In this document: one piece after another, positions 12,249 through 24,602 of the stretch
Layout: each line of letters opens with the position of its first letter
How positions within the stretch are numbered: position 1 is the first letter of the stretch
DNA from: Anolis carolinensis
Taxonomy: Eukaryota
Direction: 5' to 3'
Assembly (NCBI RefSeq): GCF_035594765.1
Contig: NC_085846.1
Location: 84,865,190 to 84,929,189, forward strand
Length of the DNA: 64,000 bases
Position numbers and translations under genes: made by a program
Notes under the pieces: model-generated
The model's input: only the letters and a program-made list of their open reading frames with translations
Databases searched by the model: none
What the model was told of the DNA's origin: nothing

Positions 12249-12718
12249 TATTTAAAGTTAATTTGCTATAGAATAGCCATTTAGGTTTGGAGAGATCTCT
12301 CTACATCAAACTCATTTTCATTGAGGGCCACATCTGCCTTAACAATGCCTTCAAATGGTCATTGAATCTATGGACGGAGAATCCTTGGATACAGAGGGCC
12401 AACTTTATATGTTTTACATACGTAGTAGTCAGTGATCTTTAATTTTTTACCCATTTTGGGGGCCCAGATGTTACTGAACAATAACTCCCATCACTTTTGA
12501 TTATCCACCATGCGGACTAAGGATGACGGGAATTGCAACCCAATAGTATTTGTGGCTCCGAGGTTGGGGAAAGGTTAAAGAAAGAATGCTTTAAAGTTAG
12601 GCATCATATCCACAAACCTTGTATCTAAATTCAACTTGGCTATTCTAACTAAACAGAACAAACTTCAGCCTTCCAGAAGTAAGTGACTAAGTGTATCACA
12701 ACTCCCATCAGCTCTAGA

Positions 12719-13048
12719 TAAAGGTAAATTTTTTTCCTGACGTTAAGTCCAGTTGTGTCCGACTCTGGGGGTTGGTGATCATCTCCATTTCTAAGCTGAA
12801 GAGCCAGCGTTGTCCGTAGACACCTCCAAGGTTATGTGGCCGGCATGACTGCATGGAACGCTGTTACCTTCCCGCCAGAGCGGTACCTATTGATCTACTC
12901 ACATTTTCATGTGTTTGAACTGCTAGGTTGGCAAAAGCTGGAGCTTACAGTGGGCGCTTACTCCGCTCCCCAGATTTGAACCTGGGACCTTTCGGTCTGC
13001 AAGTTCAGCAGCTCAGTGCTTTAACACACTCAGCCACCGGAGGCTCCC
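12719..13048 (-). mobile_element. Sauria SINE, full length, nested in a degraded hAT-like element (~12300-13161)
   Basis: Reverse complement of the Sauria SINE from tail AAAGGTAAA to head GGCTCCC. Confidence 0.92.
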
Positions 13049-13381
13049 CTCGTCATGATGTCTAATGATAATATAAGAGTTGTAGTCCAGCATCTGGAGG
13101 GCCACATAAAATGACATGGTGGATTGGATTTGACCCATAGGCCATTAATTTGACACATGTGCTCTAAACCGACTAGATATAGGGAAGAAGACCAAAAAAA
13201 AAAAGGTAAATGGCTTTTAAACTGCTACAGTACAAACATAGCAATAATATATACAGCTTTATTATCGTACTCTAAAAATTAAGCTTGAAAGTAATACCAA
13301 AACAGCATAGCCTCATCCTTCCATCTTCCTGAAACAAGGAGGAAATGGTACTCAGCTGTTTTGTACCTTTAAAGGAATTTA

Positions 13382-13519
13382 GGGCCCTTTCACGCAGCCA
13401 CATAACCCAGAATATCAAGGCAGATAATCTACAATATCTGCTTTGAACTGGACTATCTCAGTCCATACTGCCATATAATCCAGTTCAGAGTGGATTTTAT
13501 ACAGCTGCGTGGAAGGGGC
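13382..13519. mobile_element. PIF/Harbinger MITE (GGGCCCTTCCACACAGC TIR family)
   Basis: TIRs, preceded by TTA; same family at 20293 and 56980. Confidence 0.8.
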
Positions 13520-13969
13520 AAAGTGAGTCACTACCATCACTCTTTGGCAGAGGAGGATGAAGACCTTGTAAAATTGCAACTTCCATGATCCCATCACATG
13601 GCAGTGAGTTACACAATGCCACAAATGTGCTTGATTTTCTGGCCAAACTTAACATCCTCCAAACCCCAGATTTGATTAACTCTTTACAATCTGCAGATGC
13701 ACTGTAGAATTAATGTGGTTTGACACCACCACGTTAACTGCCATGAGTCAACGCTATGGAATGCATAGCATAGGATGTGTAATTTGGTGAGGCACCAATA
13801 TTCTTTGGTAGAGAAGGCTATAACTCAAATTATTCCATAGCATTGAGCCCTAGCAGTTAAAACGCTGTCAAACTGCATTAATTTTGCAGTGTATAATTAA
13901 TGACATATAATACAGTTTGAATCTACTTTATATTGGAAGTGTAGACACCTATAATGTATTGAATTAAAT

Positions 13970-14165
13970 CAGTACGGTCCAACCCGCGGCCCACATGTGG
14001 CCCACCAATTCATTTTTTTTTTGGCCCTTGCCCTGGAAAAATACTTTAATTATGTAATTCAATATTAATTATGTAATTCATTTTCTCTCTGGAATGTCTC
14101 TGGCCCTCACATTCCTATACAAAAGTTTGATTGGCCCTCGGGTAACTAAAGGTTGGACCACACTG
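13970..14165. mobile_element. Non-autonomous hAT element
   Basis: TIR CAGTACGGTCCAACC / GGTTGGACCACACTG; 8-bp TSD AATTAAAT/AACTAAAT. Confidence 0.85.
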
Positions 14166-15477
14166 AACTAAATGATGTGAATCTACCACATTGACCATAT
14201 AAAGTAGCTTATAGGACAGTGTAGGTGCAGTTACAAAATCCAGCTCAGAAGACTTTACCGATACTTGCACCATATCAGAATTGCTCCAGGCTCCTTTACT
14301 TTCAAAGCAGTTTGCCTTTATGCACGGCTGCTATTTTGAGAAAATAAGCTTAAAAATCTCTTGGGGCTCAGAGAATTGGTTTCATGGTTTTCTTGTCTCC
14401 TAGCCAACGTACTTTGCTATCAAAACATGAAAAAGAAATCAGCCAGGTAATCCAGTTGGTACTATTTGTGCACATTCGTATAAGCACACTGCATGTTTGC
14501 CTGCTTCTTTTGCTGTGTTTTCACAATATCATGATGGCATATGTTTAATTTTTAAAATTAATATCTTAAGGTTTTGCCATGTCACCATTGTGCAGAATTG
14601 TGAAACTGCCACATTTGTCATTGAGAACGAAACAAAACTACAGAGATGCCGCCCTGTTTGAGCAACAGAGGGCACTCTGGGGTTTCAGAAGAGATTCAGC
14701 AGCAATCTTGAAGGCTTGAGTGTGGTTCTCTGGAGCTTATATAAGCGCATGAATCAAAAACAAAATAGATGTGTGCAGATGGGTCAGTCTATAATTTATT
14801 GGAAACATTACTGATCTTTGCAAAAGCATCTAATACATGAATGAAAGTGAACCCTGTCATTTGCAAAAGCCAGATATCATAGAGATTGTTATGTCTACTA
14901 AGTACATATTATTTTGGAACCACATTATTGCTCGCATTAAAAAGAATTAGCAGCATAAAGCTGAAGTACAAAAATTATTTCCTACATAGCTGAATAGTTT
15001 AACTTTAGACATAGCCCAATGCTATTGGATCCTGGGACCTGTAGCTTTGCAAGGTTTTCAACATTCTTTGTCAAATAGTGCTGGTGCCTCGCCAAACTAC
15101 AATTCCCATGGTATCAAACTGCATTAATTCTATTAATTCAGTTAATTCAGTAGCTGCACTGAGACACTCTACTGACATGGAAGAATATATTAATATTTTG
15201 ACAGGGGAGTGATTTTGTCTTACCTATATTGCTTAAATTCAGTAGAACACTAATCCAGTCTCAACCTAGCATCTCGGGGAGATTTTTCTTGAAGTGCACT
15301 GAGCTGGTGGTAACTGTTTAAACAACATAATCATTCAAAAGTACTAGAACTACAACAATTATTTCAGCCATAGCTGCATATCTCCAAACCCATCAATGGC
15401 AACTAGTGTATAGAAAAACTGATTCAGAAGTGGATTATTTAGCATTAATAGCTCATACTAAATTTAGGTTCATTATA

Positions 15478-15800
15478 CAGTAGAGTCTCACTTATCCAAG
15501 CCTTGTTTATCCAAGCTTCTGGATAATCCAAGCCATTTTTGTAGTCAATGTTTTCAATATATCGTGATATTTTGGTGCTAAATTCGTAAATACAGTAATT
15601 ACAACATAACATTACTGCATATTGAACTACTTTTTCCGTCAAATTTGTTGTATAACATGATGTTTTGGTGCTTAATTTGTAAAATCATAACCTAATTTGA
15701 TGTTTAATAGGCTTTTCCTTAATCCCTCCTTATTATCCAAGATATTTGCTTATGCAAGCTTCTGCCGGCCCGTTTAGCTTGGATAAGTGAGACTCTACTG
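15478..15800. mobile_element. 323-bp Tc1/mariner MITE
   Basis: TIR CAGTAGAGTCTCACTTATCCAAGC, TA TSD. Confidence 0.95.
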
Positions 15801-16942
15801 TATGTAAAACAAGGCCTGGCAGCCTATTCGATAGTTATGAGATCACACCTCGGATGATTTTGTAACTTCTAAGATGTATGCTTATGTTTGTTAACAATCA
15901 AAAGGGATCCCCTAAACCTACATTTTGAGCCAGGAAGTTCACCAACCTAAGAATATCCAATATACTGCAGATTGGGTTGTTAGGAAATTATTATTATTCT
16001 GTGCATTTAATATGTATTTTATGGAAATATGTTTTAATATGTATCTTTTATAGAATTACATTTTAATATTTGTGTTTTTTTAATATGTGTGTTTTTAAAA
16101 TTCTTGCAATGTTTTGTGTTTGACAGTTCTGTGATCCACCTCGAGCCATGAGGAGAGGCAGGTAAGGAATAATAATAATAAGGAAATGATATTTAAGGAG
16201 GTCTGTTTGCATCGTACATTGAGCAAAGAAGCGGTAGCAGAACCATGTTCTATAGCAAGTTCATTATAGCCATGTTTTCTCAACATGCTGTAAAACTGGG
16301 AGATCACCATAGACTTCATCTCTTGACACTCTGATTCACAGTGCTTCCAAATTCTTCAGTGTGGAGAGATGGCATCGCCAGACATAGCTCAGTTATATCT
16401 AATGATATAGGATATCATAGCCTTGAGAGATTGTAGTTAAAATAGTATCAAATTGCATTAATCCTACAGTGTAGATGCACCCTAGATTTCCTGGTTAACA
16501 CCAGAGTTTTAACAACATTTTAGGTTGTTAAAATTTGTTATGGTAGGTTTGCTTTCTCTGTTCTAGATTCAGGAAGGCCCCACAAATGGAATACTAGGGT
16601 CTCTTGTACACATGATGTAAAATCCAGAATGATGTGGATTATAAGGGGAGAGTGGCTAGAAAATATACCCCCCTAATGCATGCTGCAATGTGCATCCACA
16701 TGGAAAACACATGTTAAAAAACTTCAGGAGAAAGTCTGAAATCAGCAATAAAATGTATTAGTGTATAAATGCGTCAGAGCAGAAATTCGGAATGAATATG
16801 CACAGCATTTGTGTAAGCAGTGCCACTACTGGAAAATTTGGATAGGGAACCAGATATGGTGCTCTCAAGAAGGCAAACAAACATCTTTCCCCTCCCTCCC
16901 CAAGAAGAAATTGCTTTCCCCTTTTTGTTTTTGAGTTATAAG

Positions 16943-17001
16943 ATGAGCTCCATTGCGGATTGTCATTCAATGGGCTGCTGCAGTTCATTTCTCCAAACGG
17001 G
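16943..17001 (+). other. Candidate 59-nt exon of unknown host transcript
   Basis: Pyrimidine tract then AG at 16941-16942; donor GG|GTAAGA at 17002; unique sequence; product not recognised. Confidence 0.25.
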
Positions 17002-17586
17002 GTAAGAAAAAAAAAGTCATTCTGTTGGATTGATTCGGCATAAGGAGAGCTTTGTGGATGCTGCAGGAGGTTTTTCATGGTTTTCGGGGTGTGTGTAGAC
17101 TCTCCAGATTGGATTTTTAAATCCACATTCTGATCCAGATAATGTGGCTGTGTAGAAGCTACCTAGGTTGGAAGGACATGTATCTTGTGGCTCTGTTGTT
17201 AGCTAGAATAATCTGCCTGGTGCATCATGTCTTTATTTGGGGAAAGGTACATACTACAGAGACAGAGCTCAGATGAATAAGATGAGCTAGGAAACAGTTG
17301 AAAAGCTGGAATTGCAAAACAACTGAACAAAACAGAGAGAAAGAAAAAGCGAGTACTCACATGACACAGAATGGAATGGTTTTGGGAGAGGAGACCTAAA
17401 AGAAAGCTGGCCAGGTCTCTTTCAGAATGGGAGGCCCTTTCTGCCCAAAAGAAAGGTGTCACTCCCCCTGCTGTTGAAAGTCTTGTTCAAGGTGTGCATA
17501 CAGTATGTGTTACGATTCTCCTCAATTCTGGCTCTTTATTGTGCTTTGTTGTATATTGTACATTGCTGTATATTATTGTATGATAT

Positions 17587-17810
17587 ACTGTCCCTCTACA
17601 TTTGCAATTTTGAGTCTCTGGATTTGACTATTCACAGATTTGGCTGACACCCCCCCCCACCCCCCCCCCCCCCCCACCCCCAGAATCTCTAGGTCTTCTA
17701 GTGTTACTCTGTGGCCACCTTCTTCCAGTCAAACTGGAGGATCTAGAGATTTTAATACAGAACACATCTCTGGAAATCTGTAAGCCCTTCAGTACAATTC
17801 TATTGCCAGA
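17587..17810. mobile_element. Tigger-like non-autonomous element (CTGGAGGACCTAGAG internal repeats), truncated by Bov-B
   Basis: Shared motifs with ~25976-26268 and ~38001-38345. Confidence 0.5.
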
Positions 17811-17818
17811 TCCCAGTG

Positions 17819-17933
17819 GAATTTTCCTCCAACACCACAGTTCAAAAGCGTCTATCTTCCTTCGCTCAGCCTTCTTTATGGTCCAGCTCTCACATCTATA
17901 GGTTACTATGGGGAAAACCATTGCTTTAACTAT
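17819..17933 (-). mobile_element. Bov-B (RTE) LINE segment
   Basis: Encodes IVKAMVFPIVTYRCESWTIKKAERRKIDAFELWCWRKI. Confidence 0.92.
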
Positions 17934-18303
17934 AGACACATTTGAACTGTGGTGCTGGAGGAAAATTCTGAGAGTGCCTTGGACCGCAAGAAGATGAAAT
18001 CAGTCCATACTCAAGGAAATAATGCCCGACTGCTCACTGGAGGAAAGGATATTAGAGGCAAAGATGAAGTACTTTGGTCACATAATGAGAAGACAGAAAA
18101 GCTTGGAGGAAATAATGATGCTGGGGAAAAGAGAAGTAAAAAGGAAGAGGGGCCGACCAAGGGAAAGATGGATGGATGGTATCCTTGAAGTGACTGGTTC
18201 GACCTTGAAAGAGCTGGGGGTGGCGATGGCCAACAGGAGCTCTGGCGTGGGCTGATCCATGAGGTCATGAAGAGTTGGAAGCAATTGAACAAATAAACAA
18301 CAA
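17932..18303 (+). mobile_element. Bov-B LINE 3' end
   Basis: FELWCWRKILRVPWTARR ... KYFGHIMRR ... RKRGRPRERWMD; CAACAA tail; flanked by AACTAT duplication. Confidence 0.93.
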
Positions 18304-18492
18304 AACTATGCAGACCTTTGTTGCTAGTGTGATGTTTCTACTCTTCACTATTTTATCAAGATTGGTCATTGCTCTCCTCCCAAGCAAATGTCTTCTGATT
18401 TCTTGGCTGCAGTCTGCGTTTACAGTGATCTTTACACCTAGAAATACAAAGTCTGTCACTGTCTCCATGTTTTCTTCCTCTATTTGCCATAC
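18304..18492 (-). mobile_element. Bov-B LINE segment
   Basis: Encodes METVTDFVFLGVKIT..DCSQEIRR.LLGRRAMTNLDKIVKSRNITLATKVCIV, contiguous with the 17819-17933 segment. Confidence 0.92.
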
Positions 18493-19298
18493 AGCCATAT
18501 CTCAGTTAATAATACCTCCCAACAGAAACTCCTTTTCAGAAAGTATTTTTTATCAAAGGCCTGACCCTTTTTTTTTTACAAGTTGCAATTACCCTCAATT
18601 CTTAGTTGTTTATGAAGCTGGCTTATTCCAATGTGATATAAAGATTAACCACAGTTTAGGGTTTAGATGTAATATTAAACCACCGTTTGTTGAGGTTGGT
18701 AGCAAAAATGTCCAATGACAACTTTTCAACTATAAGAAAACAAAGGATAAGAGAGGAAAACTCAAGAGTAAAAAAATTCTTGTAGCTAGTTCTCTAGTTC
18801 AGTTTTAAGTCTAAATAAAGGCACAATGTTGTTCTTTTAAACAGATGCAAGGCTCCATTTTCTCTCAGCAAGGAACGGCTGTTTGAGGCTTTCTTTTGGG
18901 ATTAAATGAACTAGACAAGAAACTGTTTGCTTCTACAAATCAGGAAAAGAATTAATAGGTCTCCCCACACCCACCCTCTCATTAGAGGTATATACCTACC
19001 AAGCTGGCAAGACTGGATCAGATATAGTGGGAAGTTGCTCCCGTTTCTCTTTAGCAACAAAGGTCTATTTATCTAGGGCCATAATCTACAGATACCTTAA
19101 AGTTTTGCATATACTAGTTTCTTCCTTCTAAAACTGCCAACAGAAGAAACTTGCACAGCATGACAGAATAGAATCAGAAGTTTTCTCTGAAGCCAGACCC
19201 ATGCATTAAGAGGAAATGCATGTAACAAAACAAAATGAGGAAATTCATTTTATTCTCTTAAGGGAAGAGCAATATTATGAAATGATGCAAAGACGTAG

Positions 19299-20288
19299 TG
19301 TAACGGAGGTTCTGCCCTTCCTTTATTGTCATGTGTTAACTTATTTTATTTGCATATAACATTTATAGGCTTTCCATACGCACAAAAGCTCTGCCAACAC
19401 ACCTCCAACAAATCCATTGCCAGTATAAACAATACATATCAAAACAATCCAGCCATAGTGACAAAATTAATAATAAGAGTTAGCAATGACACTATATTTC
19501 TAGTCCAATAAAACTATTACATCCAATACATTAATGCAGGTAAAACCATATCAAATGCAGTAGCCCAATAAAATCTATTAAATAGAAATGCAATTTGCTT
19601 AGAATTCTTCTTAAGGCCAGTAATGAAGGTCTCTGATCTATTGCTGTAGTAAGATATTCCTCAAAGGGTGAAATCGCTGTTAAAGAAGCCCTTCTCTGTC
19701 TAACAGCCTTGTTGTTCTCATCTAAGGGTGCAAATCTTCCCGTATTCTTGCATGTGCAAATGAAAACTATGAAAAACTTTTGCATGTCCAGGGGTGAGAT
19801 CTGCTCTGCTTGACAAAACACCAATTAACTGGAATAGAAAGGTGACATCTTTATTTGGTGGCAGCTGTAAGTAGGGTTAGCCGAAACAATTTCATCCTAG
19901 ATCAATGGATCGACCAACACACCTGTTGATTGAAAAGCCTTCTGTGGAACCCATGAGATGTTAGGAAAGGGTTCATGTGTGCTGAAGTCCCATGACATAG
20001 TTCCCCTGAGATCAGGGGGAGCAGAAAAAGGTATCCTCCCCTATTTTGCTCACAAATCCCGAGTGCCATTGGGGACCCCAATCCATTGACCAAATGCCTC
20101 AAAGACAGTGATAATTCAAATTCTGGATCCCAGACCCATGCCAACCTTCCCATAAATTGTGACAACAGATATAATACTCAAATATGTGATACATTTAGCA
20201 AACAATTTAATAAAGAGTAGGTGAGCAGATAGTTGCTCAGAGAAGACCAATGAACAAGCACACAAGCAAGACAATATAACCTCCCGCA
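19299..20288 (-). mobile_element. Possible solo LTR
   Basis: TG...CA ends with inverted GGAGGTT/AACCTCC; minus-strand AATAAA near 19322; no clean TSD. Confidence 0.35.
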
Positions 20289-20292
20289 TTTA

Positions 20293-20413
20293 GGGCCCTT
20301 CCACACAGCCATACAACCCAGAATATCTGCTTTGAATTGGGTGATCTGAGTCCACACTGCCAATAGTTTAAAGCAGATAATGTGGGATTTTATTCAGCTG
20401 TGTGGAAGGGACC
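20293..20413. mobile_element. PIF/Harbinger MITE
   Basis: GGGCCCTTCCACACAGC / GCTGTGTGGAAGGGACC. Confidence 0.8.
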
Positions 20414-21952
20414 AGGGACCAGAATGAGGCCTGCAGCCAGTTGACTCTGGCTAGCCATTGTGACCAATACATTCCAAGTTAATTCATTGGTTAGACATTC
20501 CTGCCTGTTCTCCCAACGTGAAACCTATACAGAAGATCCTGGGAGGAAGAAGGCTCCTTAGCCTACATTATCAAATGAGGTGCCACCCTCTGCTTCACCC
20601 AGAGCTGCAAAACAATTGCATAGCAAGTCATATGATGCTCTTATCCCCAATGTGCGAGATTAAAGACATATTTGTATATTTTTCAGTGTTTTTCACTGAA
20701 TTTTTCTGGGGAAGATTTTAGAAAGGATTTTAAAAATGTATTTTCCACTACATATAATGTGTTTTCCACAGAAAAGCATTTTAAACATAAACTTTTGGCC
20801 ACTCCATTTTCCACAGAAGTGAAAAGAGGTTACAAATTGCTTTTGAAAATCAAAGCAAGCTGCCCAAAGTCACCCATGGTTCCTTTTCATTTTTACAGTC
20901 AAGTCTAACAAACTTTTCAGAATTTTGTTAAAAAGTTATTATGCAATCCACTTGTTGCTAACCAGGCTCTTTAAGTCTCAAATTCTGCCTTATTCAGTAT
21001 GTTGCCTTTTCAAATGGAAAGGAAAGAAAGGAGCCACAGGGTCCCTGTCCAGATTGGCTCTATGGTAGCGGCATAACTGGTGAGGAAAATTATTTAACCA
21101 ACCAATTATAACCAATTATTTAATTCATGTGGCTTCAAAAAGTAGTTCAAACAACACAGTCTTTTGGAAGTTCATGCCATTATTTTTCTGTAATCAGGAT
21201 ATATGCTGCAAAGTTATTTTTTTTTAAAAAAAAGGAATAGAAAAAAATTCTATATTTTATATTTTATATGATCTGGGGGGTTTTGTTGCTAATTTTCAGT
21301 ATGGCATTTTAAGGTTTAATTACCAGCCTGATTTTGAGCACTCTGTGTTTGCTTACAAATGTATTTCTGTTTCCTTTTGCTGGTTCATGGAAGAAAATGA
21401 GGTGGATTTGAGTTTCATGACAACTAAGGGCCCATTGATACTATCAGATACATCTGAGGCTAGTCTGAAGCATTGCTACCAAGGTGTTTTCACCTTTTCG
21501 CTTTTGAACTGTACCAGTCAGACCAAACCCGCATTTGCTCCACTGGAGGGTCACTCTTTGTCACCCTTTGTCACTACAGCAGCGACCATTATGGGGCTTT
21601 GTTGATATCAGTCCTGTTCTTCTGCATGGGTTCCTTTGCTAACATTGGCAAAGGCGACAAAGGATAACAAAAGTAAATGACATTTCCTTCTCTCTACATT
21701 GTGGATTGAGGGGAATCTGGGATGGCAGCACTGGTTTATGTGAACAGTGGAACAGTTCCAGATTGGAGCCCGCCCTGCTGTTCACCCTTCCACTTCGAAG
21801 TTTAGGGCTGCTCTGGAGCTTCAGGAAAGTTCTGGAGCTAGTGAAGAGCAAGACCAGGTTAACTAGTTTTACTTTACATTAGGGAGTAAAAGTCCATGAA
21901 CTTTGCTTCTGGGCTTGATTCGTACTGCAGCTCTCATTGCTGATATGCATTT

Positions 21953-22017
<65 letters not shown>

Positions 22018-22058
22018 CAATACTTTATTTATACCCCGCCACCATCTTCCCAACGGGA
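21953..22058 (-). mobile_element. L2 3' tip with long (TAA)n microsatellite
   Basis: TTTATTTATACCCCGCCACCATCT matches the reverse of the 8417/38350 elements. Confidence 0.75.
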
Positions 22059-22129
22059 TTTTATGGCTACTACTGCCTTGAGTCAGCTTCTATGTGCATT
22101 ATATGGTCAGCACAGAATGACCCTATAAC

Positions 22130-22649
22130 CAGGCCCGGCCCAACACGGCACACTGGCCACGCCCCCGTGTTGGGCGCCACCTTCCCAGGGGTGCTATTGA
22201 GCCCCTGGGAGGCGGGGCCACACCTGGCGGAGGCGGGGCCGTGTGACGCGGAGGCATGGCCAGGTCTGGCCCCGCCTCCTGCGAGGCGCGCCCTGGCGCA
22301 GCCAGGGCGCACCCCGCGGGAAGTGGGACCGGCCGCGCCTCCCACGTCGCGTGCCCGCTGCAGCGGGAGTCCTTTCAGGCTGCGGCCTGGAAAAACTCCT
22401 GCCGCAGCTTGGCTGCGCCATGGCGCGCCCCGCGGGAGGCGGGGCCACATCTGGCCCCGCCTCCCACGCCGCGCACCCTGGCCCCGCCTCCCACGCCGCC
22501 CACGCCGCGGGAGGCATGGCTGCCCGGCGTGGGAGGCGGGGTTAGGGCGCGGGAGGCGGGGCCAGTCATGGCCCCGCCTCCTGCAGCGCAGGGGAGGGGA
22601 CGCAAAAAAATATTTGCGTACCCCTTTAAATTTCCTCGGGTCGGTTCTG
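22130..22649. mobile_element. GC-rich non-autonomous hAT element
   Basis: Imperfect TIR CAGGCCCGGCCC / GGGTCGGTTCTG; perfect 8-bp TSD CCTATAAC (22122-22129, 22650-22657). Confidence 0.88.
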
Positions 22650-22864
22650 CCTATAACTCATGCAAGTTATCCACCTTCATAGACTATGTTGGTTGAGGTT
22701 GATAGGAATATAATCCAGCAACTCCAGATGGGTCACAGATTACTCACACTTCCTTTATCCCGTCATCCGTTTGCTCTTTCTTTACCTGTTTTGGCCTTTA
22801 CGACAATATAGCTGCAGTGCTACAAGATGCAAGTGCACAGCACTTGAACTGAGAATGTTGTAAC

Positions 22865-23947
22865 CAGGGCCGGCCGGAGATATTTTTTAATGGGAAGCGG
22901 GGGTGCTGAAAAGCGCCCCCGCCACCGGCCCCGCCTCCCGCGCCCTGGCCCCGCCCAGCGTGCCCTGGCCCCGCCTCCCACGCTGCGTGGGAGGCGGGGC
23001 CAGGGCGATTAGTGAGGAGGGCGGGGCCACAGTTGGCCCCGCCCCCCGCCCAGCGTGCCCTGGCCCCGCCTCCCACGCAGCGTGGGAGGCAGGGCCAGGG
23101 CACGCTGGGCGGGGGGGCGGGGCCAGAGTTGGCCCCGCCTCCCACGCTACTCCCGCTTGCCCGTCTGGCCTTTTCTAGCTGGCCAGAAAGCAGCGGAGGT
23201 CCCTCCAGGCTGCAATCGCGGCCTGGAGGGACCTCCGCTGCTTTCTGGCCTGCTAGGAAAGGCCAGACGGGCGAGCGGGAGTAGCGGAGGCGGAGCCAGC
23301 TCTGACGCCGCTCCCCCCCCCGCCCAGCGTGCCTTGGCCCCGCCTCCCACGCAGCGTGGGAGGCGGGGCCAGGGCACGCTGGGCGGGGGGAGCGGCGTCA
23401 GAGCTGGCTCCGCCTCCGCTACTCCCGCTCGCCCGTCTGGCCTTTCCTAGCAGGCCAGAAAGCAGCGGAGGTCCCTCCAGGCCGCGATTGCGGCCTGGAG
23501 GGACCTCCGCTGCTTTCTGGCCTGCTAGGAAAGGCCAGACGGGCGAGCGGGAGTAGCGTGAAAGCGGGGCCAGCTCTGGCGCCGCCCCCCCCGCCCAGCG
23601 TGCCCTGGCCCCGCCTCCCACGCTGCATGGGAGGCGGGGCCAAGGCACGCTGGGCGGGGGGGGAGCGGCGTCAGAGCTGGCTCCGCCTCCGCTACTCCCG
23701 CTCGCCCGTCTGGCCTTTCCTAGCAGGCCAGACTGCAGCGGAGGTCCCTGTAGGCCGCGATTGCGGCCTGCAGGGACCTCCGCTGCATTCTGGCCAGCTA
23801 GAAAAGGCCAGACGGGCCAGGGCGCACTGGGCGGGAGGCGGGGCACCGTCAAGGCGGTGCCCCGCCTCCCGCCCAGCCTGACGGCGCCCCCCCGGGCCTG
23901 TGCCCGAGGCGGCGGCGTCAGGTGCCTCAATAGTGGGGCCGGCCCTG
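22865..23947. mobile_element. GC-rich non-autonomous hAT element with internal alternating inverted repeats
   Basis: Perfect TIR CAGGGCCGGCC / GGCCGGCCCTG; perfect TSD GTTGTAAC (22857-22864, 23948-23955). Confidence 0.93.
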
Positions 23948-24602
23948 GTTGTAACTATATCATAACTTCACCATAATGCCTTTAATGAATATTTATTAGC
24001 AATGTGTTGTTTGTTCAGTCGGCATAATTTGAGGATAGGCTTGCACTATAAACTAGATATGCATGCAACAAAGCTAATTTAACTGACTTGAATGAAATTG
24101 CCCAGAATTTACCCAGACAGTCATAAGAAGTGAAACAAGCCTCACTAAATCCTTTATTGCTTACTTAACTAGTAGATGCTAAAAGCTGTTTTCCCTGCTT
24201 TTGCACATAGATTTGCCAGCAGCTGTTTCAACATTTATAAACACTATTCCCCTGATTGCCAAATAACCATAAATTCATTTATGCATATTTTTGCATTGCG
24301 GGCGTTAAAAATAATTACATGTCTGATTAAATCCACTTATGCTTTCATGTCTTACTAAATGTCTAATAAGATATAAATTGTCGCAATGAACTACATTGGA
24401 GTACATAAATATTACAAGCATAGCCAGTTTATCTTTACAATGGTCTCAAGAACAAATGGTGAATAGAGATTAATATAATCATACTATTTCTTTTAGTCTG
24501 TATGTTCACTGTCTGCCAGGTAAACGGGTCAATAACGAAGGAAGATTTCATGTAAACAATTTCTTGTCCAGAAGGTAAACTATTATCCCAATAAGTAGAC
24601 AT

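Noticed and set aside
22865-23947. CRISPR-like or host-gene CpG-island promoter reading of the regular repeats
   Set aside because: No unique spacers, eukaryotic context, and GC-rich boundaries coincide exactly with TIRs and TSDs
21903-23976. Many long overlapping ORFs (up to 259 aa) on both strands
   Set aside because: Produced by stop-poor GC-rich palindromic repeats inside two TSD-bounded hAT elements and an (ATA)n tract; no domain similarity
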